From assembly GCA_963744145.1 (NCBI GenBank), contig CAVUSO010000001.1:3008001-3072000 (forward strand): a DNA stretch of 64,000 bases, given 5' to 3'. Below, piece by piece: positions 1 to 11,225 of the stretch. The stretch is from an uncultured cyanobacterium. Its GTDB lineage: Bacteria; Cyanobacteriota; Cyanobacteriia; Cyanobacteriales; CAWUOF01. The translations under genes and the position numbers were made by a program. Under the pieces are notes generated by a model. The model was not told the origin of the DNA. It worked only from the letters and a program-made list of their open reading frames with translations, and did not search any database. The stretch's first letter is position 1, and each line of letters starts with the position of its first letter.

Positions 1-2
1 CA

Positions 3-1064
3 AGACGAGCATTAATCCTCTATACTAGTGGCACAACTGGGAAACCCAAAGGAGTAGTCACAACTCATCAAAATATTCAAGCTCAAATTACTAGCTTGAT
101 TACTGCTTGGGAATGGACATCAACAGATCGAATTTTACATATTCTACCACTTCATCATATTCATGGCATCATTAATGTCCTATCTTGCGCTCTCTGGGTT
201 GGAGCTGAGTGTCATATTCTCCCTAAGTTTGATGCTCAAATAGTTTGGGAATACATTAGTCAAGGTAATTTAACCTTATTTATGGCTGTACCCACAATTT
301 ACGTCAAACTCATTGCAGCTTGGGAACAAGCAGATCGCGATCGGCAAAAAATCCTGTCTGCTGGTTGTCAGAAAATGCGTCTCATGGTTTCTGGTTCAGC
401 AGCTTTACCGATTCAAGTATTAGAAAAATGGCAAAATATCAGCGGTCATTTTCTCCTAGAACGTTATGGAATGACGGAAATAGGAATGGCGTTATCTAAT
501 CCTTTACATGGTGAACGTTTACCCGGATATGTTGGTAAACCCTTACCCCAAGTAGAAGTGCGTTTAGTTGATGAAAGTGGCAATTTAGCTGCTACTGAAA
601 TACCAGGAGAAATCCAAGTTAAAGGACCGGGAATTTTTCTTGAATATTGGCAAAAACCAGAAGCAACTACCAAAGCTTTCCATGACGGTTGGTTTGCTAC
701 AGGTGATCTAGCTGTAGTGGAAAATGACAATTATCGGATCTTAGGAAGAATCAGTGTAGATATTATCAAAACTGGAGGTTATAAAGTTTCTGCACTAGAA
801 ATTGAAGAAGTTTTGCGGACCCATTTAGAAATTCAAGATTGTGCTGTAGTTGGAGTTATTGATCCAGAATGGGGTGAAAGAGTTTGTGCTGCTTTAGTGT
901 TGCAACCAGACAGCAATTTAACCTTAGAAACTCTCAGAACTTGGGGAAAAGAACGATTAGCAGTTTATAAAATTCCGACTCAAATTATGATCCTACCAGA
1001 ACTACCTCGTAACGCGATGGGAAAAATCCATAAACCGACTTTATCTAAATTATTTTTGGCTTAA
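3..1064 (+). CDS. Acyl-CoA synthetase (MatB/malonyl-CoA synthetase-like), 5' end outside the window
   Basis: Frame is open from base 3 (RRALILYTSGTTGKPKGV, the AMP-binding P-loop). Also ERYGMTE, GWFATGD and PRNAMGK motifs. Confidence 0.85.
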   Translation, partial: RRALILYTSGTTGKPKGVVTTHQNIQAQITSLITAWEWTSTDRILHILPLHHIHGIINVLSCALWVGAECHILPKFDAQIVWEYISQGNLTLFMAVPTIYVKLIAAWEQADRDRQKILSAGCQKMRLMVSGSAALPIQVLEKWQNISGHFLLERYGMTEIGMALSNPLHGERLPGYVGKPLPQVEVRLVDESGNLAATEIPGEIQVKGPGIFLEYWQKPEATTKAFHDGWFATGDLAVVENDNYRILGRISVDIIKTGGYKVSALEIEEVLRTHLEIQDCAVVGVIDPEWGERVCAALVLQPDSNLTLETLRTWGKERLAVYKIPTQIMILPELPRNAMGKIHKPTLSKLFLA

Positions 1065-1073
1065 ATAGCACTG

Positions 1074-1553
1074 CTATAACTGAAACAAAGCTGCTAATGC
1101 TATCCCTAAAGCATCAGCAGCATCATCCGGTTTCGGAATATAACCTAAATCTAATTCTCGAGCTACTGCTTGTTGTACTTCTAACTTATCCGCATTACCA
1201 TATCCAGTTAGTGCTTGTTTAATTTGGGCTGGAGTAAATTCGACTAGAGGTAATTTATGCTGTGCTAATACTAACATCATCACTCCCCGAGCTTGAGCAA
1301 CTAAAATAGTATTCCCCATCCGATAGAAAAATAACTTTTCTGTCGCTACTAAATCCGGCTGTATTCCTTTAATTAAAGTATGTAAATCATCATAAATTGT
1401 ACAAAGACGTTGACCTATTTCTTGTTTAGCAGGAGTTTGAATTACACCAAAATCTAACATAATTGGATTATTTTTAGCAGCAATTTGATAAGTAATAGCA
1501 CCAAATCCTAAGGTCGCTAAACCTGGGTCTAATCCCAAAATAATTTTCTTCAT
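1074..1553 (-). CDS. ruvC: Holliday junction resolvase RuvC
   Basis: ILGLDPG, ATEKLFF, QARGV, GYGNADK and PDDAADAL motifs. Confidence 0.95.
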   Translation of the reverse strand: MKKIILGLDPGLATLGFGAITYQIAAKNNPIMLDFGVIQTPAKQEIGQRLCTIYDDLHTLIKGIQPDLVATEKLFFYRMGNTILVAQARGVMMLVLAQHKLPLVEFTPAQIKQALTGYGNADKLEVQQAVARELDLGYIPKPDDAADALGIALAALFQL

Positions 1554-1557
1554 AAAG

Positions 1558-1992
1558 TTAAAAAGAATTAATTAAATAAGTAATCCAATTATGATTTTGA
1601 AACCGTGCTAAACGCCAGGTTTTGCCTTCTGATTGACGCTGTAAATAAATTTCAAAGAAATTTTGCCGTCGGACCTGCTCATCACCAGAGAGCTGTAATT
1701 TCAGATCATAAGTCCCCTGCACATGGAAAGAAGATAAATGCTGAATTTGTAAAGGTTCAAGTAAAGTAATTACGACCTGATCAATTTGCCATTGCTGGGG
1801 TTGGGAAAGCTCCAAATAATGACTGAGTTGCTGTTGTGTTTGACTGAGCTGGAGCGCGATCGCTTGTTTTACCAGTTCTTGATTTGGTTCTAACCCGCTA
1901 ATGCTAAAAGTAACATTACAGGCACTCAGTAAACTAAATAACCACGCGATCGCGATAAGCTGGACGATTTCTTTGACTATTTTAGACATCAA
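1558..1992 (-). CDS. Conserved cyanobacterial hypothetical lipoprotein
   Basis: Hydrophobic N-terminus with lipobox LSAC; C-terminal [14 protein letters not shown]; 4 nt upstream of ruvC. Confidence 0.7.
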   Translation of the reverse strand: MMSKIVKEIVQLIAIAWLFSLLSACNVTFSISGLEPNQELVKQAIALQLSQTQQQLSHYLELSQPQQWQIDQVVITLLEPLQIQHLSSFHVQGTYDLKLQLSGDEQVRRQNFFEIYLQRQSEGKTWRLARFQNHNWITYLINSF

Positions 1993-2042
1993 TGGTACTC
2001 AAGATAATATAGAGATAGGGCTATTTTAATTGGCAAACCACA

Positions 2043-2732
2043 ATGACAAAACAAAGCATTGGCTTGAACAACCAACTCTATGACTACTTTATGTCCATTT
2101 CTCTCCGTGAACCGGACATCCTACGTCGGTTACGAGAAGAAACTGCTACCCATGAGCTAAGGATAATGCAAGTTGCACCAGAACAAGGTCAATTTATGGC
2201 ACTGTTGGTGCAATTGATGGGAGCAAGCAAAATCTTGGAAATAGGAGTTTTTACTGGTTACAGCTCTCTGTGTCTAGCTCTAGCACTTCCTCCTAATGGG
2301 ACTTTGCTCGCTTGTGATATCAATGAAGAATATACCTCAGTCGCTCGTCGCTATTGGCAAGAAGCAGGAGTCGCAGATAAAATTAGCTTAAAATTGGCAC
2401 CAGCACTAGAAACCCTAGACCAACTTTTAGCCAGTCCTCAAGCTGGAACCTTTGATTTGGTATTCATTGATGCTGATAAAGAAAATTATGAACATTATTA
2501 CGAGCGATCGCTGCAACTAATCCGTAATGGTGGCTTAATTTTGATCGATAATGTCCTTTGGGATGGACAAGTTGCCAATCCGGAAATTCAAGATATCACC
2601 ACTCAGACGATCCGTGACTTTAACGAAAAACTGCGTCATGATGCTAGGGTTACTCTTAGTTTAGTTCCCATTGGCGATGGTTTAACTCTCGCACTCAAAC
2701 GCAGATGGGCGAGTATTTTGGGCGAACAATAA
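2043..2732 (+). CDS. SAM-dependent O-methyltransferase (caffeoyl-CoA OMT family)
   Basis: LEIGVFTGYS, FDLVFIDADK, DNVLW and PIGDGLT motifs. Confidence 0.92.
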   Translation: MTKQSIGLNNQLYDYFMSISLREPDILRRLREETATHELRIMQVAPEQGQFMALLVQLMGASKILEIGVFTGYSSLCLALALPPNGTLLACDINEEYTSVARRYWQEAGVADKISLKLAPALETLDQLLASPQAGTFDLVFIDADKENYEHYYERSLQLIRNGGLILIDNVLWDGQVANPEIQDITTQTIRDFNEKLRHDARVTLSLVPIGDGLTLALKRRWASILGEQ

Positions 2733-2961
2733 GGTAAATCTGTTCCATTGAGCATTAAGGGAAGTTTTCTAGCAGAGGAGAAAGCTTCACCCATCACGGT
2801 TGCTAGTTTAATTATTATATTTCCTCTGCTCCAATTTTCTCAATCCATTAGTCCGGTGACGATCTCCCAAAAAGTCCCAATCTGGTAATAGCTGTTACCA
2901 TAATTTATTTTTTTATTTGATATCATTGACTAAATAGATAACTAATTTGAAGGAGTCTCCC

Positions 2962-3306
2962 ATGCAATATAGCTTTGGTATATTAGGGATCTCTCCAGTA
3001 TTGGAGTTTTTTACCCATCAGCAAGATGTTGTTCAGCCTCAATCCCCCACTGGTGTAGAATATATCGGTGCCTATAAATGCACTCTTGATGCTGTAATTA
3101 AATCCGTTGAACCTGTCCCACCCAAACGCGGTTGGGATTTAGAGGAAGTCGTGGAAACTGTGATTAATTTTTGGGTGAATAACCCCGATAGTATTTGGTA
3201 CTGGCGCGAACGATTAGAAGATGCAGGCAATGCTAATATATTAGTAGCCAGAATTGGTAATACAAAAGGGTTAAAGGCTGAGTTTGAATCCCTCTTGTTG
3301 AAATAA
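2962..3306 (+). CDS. Conserved hypothetical protein
   Basis: ATG at 2962 preceded by AAGGAG; 114-aa protein-like ORF. Confidence 0.65.
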   Translation: MQYSFGILGISPVLEFFTHQQDVVQPQSPTGVEYIGAYKCTLDAVIKSVEPVPPKRGWDLEEVVETVINFWVNNPDSIWYWRERLEDAGNANILVARIGNTKGLKAEFESLLLK

Positions 3307-3331
3307 TTAAGTCAATCGGGCGATCGCGCTT

Positions 3332-4078
3332 TCAATCTCCGTTTAAAAATTCTAGATAAGTGTTACCCAGTTCTTTTACAGCCAGTTCATAAAACTGTTT
3401 TCCATGTTCTGGTGTCGCTAAAGCTGGATCAGAACCCATTCGACCATCCGGATAGCGACGACGAAAGTCTGTCGGACCATAAATTGCGTGTCCAGAGCCA
3501 ACTTCTGAGGAAAGTTCTGCTTGTTTAATTGCGGCTGGATAGATATACTGAGTTAGTGCTACCTCACTAGGAGTTGCATGGGAACCTTCGCGATCGCCAT
3601 ATAATTTTTTCGCTAATTTATAAACTGAACTGCACATAAACCAATTCCCAATTTGACATTGCACCAGATCAGCATTAGGGATATTTAATTCGGCTAATAC
3701 TGTATAACTTTCTGAAAAAGCTGCTTTGAGAGTAGCAATGTTACCACCATGACCATTAATAAAAAATATCTTGGTAAAACCAGTTTTAGCTAAACAAATC
3801 ACATAATCACGAATTACCTGAATCATGGTACTCGGTCGTAAACTAATCGTACCGGGAAAATTAGTATGATGTAATGCCATCCCCACATTAATTGTTGGAC
3901 CGACTAAAACATCGATCTCTTGACCAATCCCTTGAGCGATCGCTTCAGCACAAATTGTATCTGTACCAATTAATCCGGTTGGTCCATGTTGTTCCGTCGA
4001 ACCAATTGGTAAAATTATCCCTGGAGATTTTTCCAGATAGGTTTCTACTTCTGTCCAAGTGCTTAACTGCAATAGCAT
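3332..4078 (-). CDS. Creatininase/creatinine amidohydrolase family protein
   Basis: LPIGSTEQHG, NGHGGN and HA..SE motifs. Confidence 0.92.
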   Translation of the reverse strand: MLLQLSTWTEVETYLEKSPGIILPIGSTEQHGPTGLIGTDTICAEAIAQGIGQEIDVLVGPTINVGMALHHTNFPGTISLRPSTMIQVIRDYVICLAKTGFTKIFFINGHGGNIATLKAAFSESYTVLAELNIPNADLVQCQIGNWFMCSSVYKLAKKLYGDREGSHATPSEVALTQYIYPAAIKQAELSSEVGSGHAIYGPTDFRRRYPDGRMGSDPALATPEHGKQFYELAVKELGNTYLEFLNGD

Positions 4079-4126
4079 AGAAAATTTATCAGTGGTGTTT
4101 TCTGGTTAAATTTTAGCTTAGATTAA

Positions 4127-4250
4127 TAGACCTCTTGCAAAAGTCCTTATTGATCTATTTATTGACAGGCAAGATGCCTGTCCCACCAGAAAAAATCACT
4201 TTTGTGGGACAGGCATCTTGCCTGTCCTATTTATTTTTGCAAGAGGTCTA
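4127..4250. mobile_element. MITE-like element carrying an inverted REP-like hairpin pair
   Basis: Perfect 16-bp terminal inverted repeat TAGACCTCTTGCAAAA / TTTTGCAAGAGGTCTA. It encloses inverted copies of GTGGGACAGGCATCTTGCCTGTC at 4164-4186 and 4204-4226. Confidence 0.75.
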
Positions 4251-4391
4251 ATGAAAATTTTGGTAAAATAGTCAGATTTTGGGCATATTAAAGTTAGAGA
4301 ATTAAGCAGGGAAAGCAAGGTTGTCCTTAGGTATGTAGTTGCGATCAGAGTGTTCTAATCTTTTTTAATAAAATAATTGATCGAGGTGAAT

Positions 4392-4862
4392 ATGATTAAA
4401 ATTTTGGAGCTGACATCTGATGTCTTGGTAATCAAGCATAAACCAAGCTTATTATCACTAATAATAATTGTGATTGTTTTAACATTAATTGTATCGATTT
4501 TCTACCTGTATAGATCAAATATTGCAGAGACAATAGCTTTATTTTTACATTCATCAGTAATGGTAGGTTTCTGGGTTTTATTGCTATCTTCCCAAACCAC
4601 GATCTGGACAGTCGAAAGAGATAAAAATTTATTGACAATCCGCAAAAAATTTCATTCAAGCAAAACCTACTCCCTATCACAAATACAATTAATACATATA
4701 ATTTCCGATCGTTATGATTTAGATGAGTCTTGGTGTGAAATTCAACTGGCTTCTCCCCAGAAATCCGTTAAAATTGATTTAGGAGTTGGGATCTGGACAA
4801 GAAAAGACCAAAAAATCCTGGTTGAATCTATTAGCTCTTTTCTCGGTATCTGCAAAAGTTAA
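4392..4862 (+). CDS. Hypothetical membrane protein (2 TM)
   Basis: ATG at 4392 after GAGGT; two hydrophobic helices followed by a soluble domain. Confidence 0.65.
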   Translation: MIKILELTSDVLVIKHKPSLLSLIIIVIVLTLIVSIFYLYRSNIAETIALFLHSSVMVGFWVLLLSSQTTIWTVERDKNLLTIRKKFHSSKTYSLSQIQLIHIISDRYDLDESWCEIQLASPQKSVKIDLGVGIWTRKDQKILVESISSFLGICKS

Positions 4863-4886
4863 CTAAGTAATTCAAAAATATAGTAA

Positions 4887-7437
4887 TTAATTATTAGAAT
4901 TAATCATCGAAACGGTCGGACTAATCGCCGACTTAGGATAGGCAATTCTTTGATGATTAGATTGCAGCCAAACTTGCACAAAAATATTAGTGATTTGTGA
5001 CATTTCTTCGCGAGTTATTCCAGAATCTATCAACTGATTTTCTTGCCATCGACAACGCAGAATTTTATTCACCATTGAGAAAGCTTCTTCTCGACTAGCA
5101 TCTTTTAGACTTCGCAAAGCCGCTTCACAAGAATCTGCTAAAATCACAATTCCTGTTTCCCGTGATTGGGGAATTGGTCCGATCATAGCGAAAATCTGCT
5201 TCTGATAAAGTTAGACTCGGATCTTTTTCCACCATCTGCTTGGCTTGATAATAAAAATAAGCAATTAACATGGTGCCTTGATGTTCTGGGATAAAAGCTT
5301 GGATTGCTGTTGGTAAATGATGTTTCCGGGCTAATACTAATCCTTCAGTAACGTGTTTTTTAATAATCTGGGCACTTTTCCACGGATCGTTTAGTTCGTC
5401 ATGTTTGTTTGGTGACCCCATTTGATTTTCAATAAAATATTCAGGAGCGTGCATTTTTCCAATATCGTGGTATAATATACCTGCTCTAACCAGTTCAACA
5501 TTACAACCCAATTCTTTCGCCGCAGCTTCGGCTAAGGTAGCGACAAACAAAGTATGTTGAAAAGTCCCAGGGGCTTGGGCTGCTAATTGCTTGAGTAAAG
5601 GACGATTGGGATTAGCAAGTTCAGCTAAACGAATTGGTGTAATTAAATCAAACAGACGTTCTAAATAAGGACTTAAACCTAAAGCAACAATACTCCAAGC
5701 TAAACCAGCTAAACCTTGGCAAGCGGCAGAGGTAAGTATATTATACCAAAAAGGGATGACGGTGACGCTGAGGATTAAGGTCAGCACTAGATAGACGCAA
5801 CCTTGAATTAATCCTACACCACCACCTAAGATCGCTAATTCTTCCCGCGATCGCAACTTGCCCGCTAGCATACCCCCCAGCATACCCCCTACACCACTAG
5901 CCACCAAGGAGATCCCCTGAATATTCATGCCCACAGGTAGCACAATCATTAACAGGGCGATCGCCGAGATCGCTAATGCTGAACTATAAAAACTACCTAC
6001 CAATAAACCAACTGCGGGCAAACTCAGGTAGGGCACACCTAAACTGGGCAGTAAGGGTGTACTTAAACTTAACAACAGCAATAAAATACAATCTCGGCGT
6101 CTTAAATGAGGCTGAAAACGGCGTTTGACTAACCAAAAAATCCCCACTCCACTACTAATCAAAAACGCGTATCCAATTAAACCTAACCAGTTAATCCCGC
6201 GTCTGCTCAAGTGAAAATGATCAAGCAAGAGGAAATCTGCATGGCTAATCATCTGCCCCGCCGCGACAATTACTTGTCCTTGTTTCACTTCTAGCATCAC
6301 TGGTTTGACGGCTTCGGCTGCTTGTGCTGCTTTTTTGAGACTTTCTTCTTTGTCCGCGATTAAATTTGGTTTTATTATGGCTAATAAAATTTTATTTGCC
6401 AAAGTTTCGGTGCTAGCTGGAATGGAAATTTTGACCTGTTTATTAATGGCGGTAGCTAAGATATTTTCCGGTAATCCTGGGGGAATTCCTTGGCTGAGAA
6501 TCCGATCTAAAGCCTGCTCCATCCCAGCACTCATTTCTTCCCATTGGGCATCAGATAGGTCAAAAACTGAACTATCATAGATAGTATCCAGGGAAAAGTT
6601 AGCCGAGCGATCGCGATTTGGTGATGCAACTGACTGTGAGATCAATGCGATCGCTTGCTGATACAATTGACGAGCTTGAGTAATGGTGACTAACAGCTCA
6701 GAAAACTCATTGCTAGCAGCCAGATAATGATAAGCTTGAAGTTCTTGGAGCGCCTTCTGTCCAGAGTTATTTAATCGCTGAAAATCTAACTCATTGGCCG
6801 AATTAAGATCAGACAAAAAATATTTAGACAGAGATTGATTATCGATCTGTGGATCTTCTAAGATCATTAACAGAGTTCGCCATTCCCATTCTTGAGCGCG
6901 ACGCAAATAAATTTGGGTAGCCAGAGAAAGAATAGCGGTATTAGTAAAAGGTAAATCACCTGCTTGTTGACGAATGCGTTTACCTTGAGCTAAAATTTCT
7001 TGAAAATTTTGATATATTTGCTGATTAATAGCTGGATCAATTGCCAATACTGGAATAATCTGACTAATGGCAACTTTCTGATTTGCTTCTGTTGTTTTCG
7101 GATCGGCAATCGTGATTGGTTCGGGAGCAACAATTGTATAAGGTGCAATTGTGCCTACATCTAATTTGGGCTGATTATAGAAACGATGTCCCATTGTCCC
7201 GGTGAGAGAGCCAATGGCCACAATTAAAATCAGGCGAGAACGCTTTTCTTTAGTCAGGGACATTCTCAGCCCTGTCTGACGGGAAGAATGGCTAGTTTGC
7301 CCAATACGCTCTTCAATAGAAGATTGATCAGATAATTCGGGTTTTTGCGGACTGCGTAGCAACTGGTCAGAGGATAAAGCTAAACAGATTCGCCACCACT
7401 GCTTAAACTGCTGTGTCAACAACTGAAGCGTTTTCAT
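4887..7437 (-). CDS. 7TM-HD (HDIG) phosphohydrolase, PgpH/c-di-AMP phosphodiesterase-like; frameshifted at about 5181
   Basis: APGTFQH, YHDIGK and EHQGT motifs. DFRYD continues as GPIPQSRETGIVILADSCEAA in another frame; removing one base (G5181) gives a single 849-aa ORF. Confidence 0.88.
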
Positions 7438-7575
7438 AAATGAAAATTAGTGGCATATTAAAATATTGTGCCAGTAAAATTAGAATTTCTAGATTTTCGC
7501 GACTGAGAATATATCGGGTAATCGCGCTCATAATCTCCAGTTGATTAAACCGGAGATTACTTATTATATCAATTT

Positions 7576-8559
7576 CTAGATTCGTTTTGCCACCATTTTT
7601 TCGACAGCTTCGACAATTTGTTCTGGCTGCACAATTGTCATTCTTTCCAGAGTACCATTATAAGGAGTAGGGATATCCTGGGAAGAAAGCCGCAATACAG
7701 GAGCATCTAGTTCATCAAAAAACTGATCATTAATTGAGGCAATTAATTCTGCCGCAATGCCACCAGTTTTCATACATTCTTCTACAATTATAACTCGGTG
7801 AGTTTTCCGGATGGAAGCACCAATAGTTTCTAGATCAAGTGGCTTGAGGGAAATCAAGTCAATTACTTCTGGGTCATACCCCTGAGGCTCCAATTGTTTG
7901 ACTGCTTGCATAACATGATGACGCATCCGGGAATAAGTCAAAATTGTGACATCCTTACCCTGACGTACCATTTCTGCTTGATCAATTGGTATTAAGTATT
8001 CGTGGTCGGGTAAGTTTTCTTTTAAGTTGTAGAGCAGAACATGCTCAAAAAATAAAACTGGATTATCGTCGCGAATGGCTGATTTGAGCAGACCTTTAGC
8101 ATTGTATGGTGTCGAACAAGCTACAATGCGTAAACCTGGTACTGCTTGGAAATAAGCTTCTAATCGTTGGGAATGTTCTGCACCTAATTGACGCCCCACA
8201 CCTCCTGGGCCGCGGATTACCATTGGGATTTTAAAATTACCACCAGAAGTATAACGGAGCATCCCAGCATTATTAGAAATTTGGTTGAAAGCAAGGAGTA
8301 AAAAACCCATATTCATGCCTTCAATAATTGGTCTTAGTCCAGTCATAGCAGCCCCAACCGCCATTCCCGTAAAACTATTTTCTGCGATCGGTGTGTCAAG
8401 AACCCTTAATTCTCCATATTTTTTACATAGATCTTTAGTGACTTTGTAGGAACCGCCATAGTGTCCCACATCTTCACCTAGGACAAATACCACGGGGTCG
8501 CGAGCCATTTCTTCATTGATTGCTTCACGCAGGGCGTTAAAAAGAAGAGTTTCTGCCAT
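7576..8559 (-). CDS. pdhB: Pyruvate dehydrogenase E1 beta subunit
   Basis: [20 protein letters not shown] and GAEHSQ motifs. Confidence 0.97.
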   Translation of the reverse strand: MAETLLFNALREAINEEMARDPVVFVLGEDVGHYGGSYKVTKDLCKKYGELRVLDTPIAENSFTGMAVGAAMTGLRPIIEGMNMGFLLLAFNQISNNAGMLRYTSGGNFKIPMVIRGPGGVGRQLGAEHSQRLEAYFQAVPGLRIVACSTPYNAKGLLKSAIRDDNPVLFFEHVLLYNLKENLPDHEYLIPIDQAEMVRQGKDVTILTYSRMRHHVMQAVKQLEPQGYDPEVIDLISLKPLDLETIGASIRKTHRVIIVEECMKTGGIAAELIASINDQFFDELDAPVLRLSSQDIPTPYNGTLERMTIVQPEQIVEAVEKMVAKRI

Positions 8560-8749
8560 TTTTAGTTTAGCTGCTATGTCAGAATAGAATGATTAGCATA
8601 TTAACCTTTCTCTGTCGCTCATGCGGCACAAAAGTGTAGTAAAAAACCAAAAATTACACTCTAATCACTCATTAATTTTGGGCAATGATCCCCTTAAATA
8701 CTTATTTAATTTTGGGTAATCCTGGGACTATCAAATAGTCAGGTAAGTC

Positions 8750-9724
8750 TCAATTCGATGGCCGCCAAATTTTAATTGTACCATCACCACTACCACTAGC
8801 TAGAGTTTGACCGTCTGGGCTAAATACTACTGCCGTCACCCCATGTAAAATTTTTAAATAACCAGTCAGGGTTTGGAGATGTTGACCCGTGGCGAGATCC
8901 CACAGCTTAATCGTGCCATCCCCACTACCACTAGCTAAAGTTTGTCCGTCAGGACTAATCGCCACTGAATAAATTACATCCTGATGCTCAATCAGAGTAT
9001 ATTGGACTTCGCCCTGGGGCAAATGCCACAGCTTAATCGTGTTGTCACCACTACCACTAGCTAAAGTTTGCCCATCAGGACTAATGGCGATCGCATAGAC
9101 CGCATCGCTATGACCAGTCAGAGTGGCCACCAAACTAGAACTGGCCAAGCTCCAGATTTTAATCCGATGGTCTCTGCCACCACTAATAATATTTTGGCCA
9201 TCGGGAGTAAAAGTAATGCAATTAACCGATGACCATGATTCAGTCAGTTGAATTAAGCGTTTGCCACTGAGCAAATGCCAAATTTTGATAGTAGAGCGCT
9301 CCGGATCATTGAGTGGTGGTGGATTGTCGGTTGGTGATGTCGTAAAAACAGTATCAAATAAGGAGTCATCACTACCACTAACCATCATCTGACCATCTGG
9401 ACTAAAGCTCAGATCAGTGACCCATCCTTGACCAAAGAGAGTACGCAACCGTTCCCCCGTATCGATCTGCCACAAATCTATGGTGCCATCGGGAGCACCA
9501 ATCGCTAAAATTTGGCCATCGGGACTGATGGCGATCGCGTTCACACCTAGAGGATAGCCAAATAGGTTATGGAGCCGTTTCCCTGTTTCCAGATGCCACA
9601 ATTTAACTGCGGCATCGCAACTAGCGATCGCCAGAATTCGGCCATCAGGGCTGAATGCCACCGAAGCAACTGGCCCTGATTGTTCGGAGATGGTGCGGAT
9701 GAGTTGAGCATCTTTCCAGGACAT
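8750..9724 (-). CDS. WD40 repeat protein
   Basis: About seven repeats of AISPDGQTLASGSGDxTIKLW. Confidence 0.93.
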   Translation of the reverse strand: MSWKDAQLIRTISEQSGPVASVAFSPDGRILAIASCDAAVKLWHLETGKRLHNLFGYPLGVNAIAISPDGQILAIGAPDGTIDLWQIDTGERLRTLFGQGWVTDLSFSPDGQMMVSGSDDSLFDTVFTTSPTDNPPPLNDPERSTIKIWHLLSGKRLIQLTESWSSVNCITFTPDGQNIISGGRDHRIKIWSLASSSLVATLTGHSDAVYAIAISPDGQTLASGSGDNTIKLWHLPQGEVQYTLIEHQDVIYSVAISPDGQTLASGSGDGTIKLWDLATGQHLQTLTGYLKILHGVTAVVFSPDGQTLASGSGDGTIKIWRPSN

Positions 9725-9885
9725 GGGTTCGGTAGGGTTAAGGTTGAGGCATCTAGAATTTTTTTTTTCGCAAAAATAAGTGCTATGGCCAAATTAGAAA
9801 ATTGAGGCAATGAAGAAATTGCCCCTAAAATTGCTTGTACCTTTAGTAATATTTAGCGTCCCATCACACTATAGCTGAAGAAATC

Positions 9886-9916
9886 TAAAAATCCCTGGCT
9901 GAGACGAGGATTTTTA
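9886..9916 (-). terminator. Putative intrinsic terminator downstream of pdhA
   Basis: Inverted repeat TAAAAATCC...GGATTTTTA about 40 nt after the pdhA stop codon. Confidence 0.4.
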
Positions 9917-9952
9917 ATCAGGTTTTAGGGATGAGGCTGACACTTGACCAGA

Positions 9953-10987
9953 TCAATCTTCAGCAAACACATAGCGATGTAGTTCGCTCGGATCTGGCTC
10001 CGGACTTGATTCGGCAAACTGAACTGCATCTTCGATCACAGCTTGAATTTTCTTGTCGATCGCCTTGAGTTCTGCTTCTTCAACTAAATTTTGGTTAATC
10101 AGGTCAGTAGCTAGCTTTTTAATTGGATCACGAGTTAACCAAAATTCTTTTTCTTCCTTAGAACGTAACTCATCTGGATCAGCTAGGGAATGTCCGCGAA
10201 AACGATAGGTTAAAGCCTCAATCAAGGTTGGACCTGCTCCAGCTCGCCCACGGGCCACTGCTTCTTTCGCCGTAGCATAAACCGCTAATACATCCATCCC
10301 GTCTACTTCCACACCGGTCATTCCAAATACACTAGCTTTCTGATAAATTTCCGTTTGGGATGTTGCTCGTTCATGGGCCATGCCAATTGCCCACTTATTA
10401 TTTTCCACCACAAAGAGAATGGGCAGTTTCCAGAGCGCAGCCATATTCAAACACTCAAAGAACTGGCCATTATTACAAGCCCCATCACCAAAAAAGCAAG
10501 CTACCACCTGATCAGCTTGCTGATCATTCATCGTTTCCCGCCGATATTTAATCTGTAAAGCTACACCTGTAGATACGGGTATTCCTTCAGCTACAAAAGC
10601 ATAACCGCCGAGCAGACGATGGGGAGCGGAGAACATGTGCATCGAGCCACCCCGTCCTTTACTGCAACCAGTAGCTTTACCAAATAATTCGGCCATGACT
10701 TCGCGAGCTGGAACTCCTGCACTTAAGGCGTGGACGTGATCCCGATAGGTACTGCTAACATAATCTTCATCCAGACGCATCGCCTTAATAATGCCTGATG
10801 ATACGGCTTCTTGACCATTGTAAAGGTGAACAAAACCAAACATCTTGCCCCGATAATACATCTCGGCACATTTATCTTCAAACAAGCGTCCCAAGACCAT
10901 ATCTTCATACAACAGCAGCCCTTCAGCTTTCGTAATGGGGAGAGCATCACTGATGTTAAAGTCTGGTAGTTTTCGTTCCTGAATCAT
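9953..10987 (-). CDS. pdhA: Pyruvate dehydrogenase E1 alpha subunit
   Basis: [18 protein letters not shown], the TPP motif GDGA...NN and [11 protein letters not shown]. Confidence 0.97.
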   Translation of the reverse strand: MIQERKLPDFNISDALPITKAEGLLLYEDMVLGRLFEDKCAEMYYRGKMFGFVHLYNGQEAVSSGIIKAMRLDEDYVSSTYRDHVHALSAGVPAREVMAELFGKATGCSKGRGGSMHMFSAPHRLLGGYAFVAEGIPVSTGVALQIKYRRETMNDQQADQVVACFFGDGACNNGQFFECLNMAALWKLPILFVVENNKWAIGMAHERATSQTEIYQKASVFGMTGVEVDGMDVLAVYATAKEAVARGRAGAGPTLIEALTYRFRGHSLADPDELRSKEEKEFWLTRDPIKKLATDLINQNLVEEAELKAIDKKIQAVIEDAVQFAESSPEPDPSELHRYVFAED

Positions 10988-11225
10988 TTTTTGTGTCCTT
11001 GCAGGAGTTGGCGAACTGATCTTTTTAGAATACTCTGCTTTGCCAAAAATAAGTCGATTTCGCTCAAGGTCACGGCACTCCCTTGGCTCAAAATCTGACC
11101 AACAAATTTTTCATCACTTTGCTGAAATTCTTAATTGTGATATATATGATGAAAATGAGAGAGACGATATGTACTACATAATTGATTTTCTCTAATCTAG
11201 TTGCTCATCCCTGGGGAAGTAGACT

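Noticed and set aside
5125..5200. Programmed ribosomal frameshift in the HD gene (also considered for the SDR)
   Set aside because: No slippery heptamer or stimulatory structure; a single extra base explains it.
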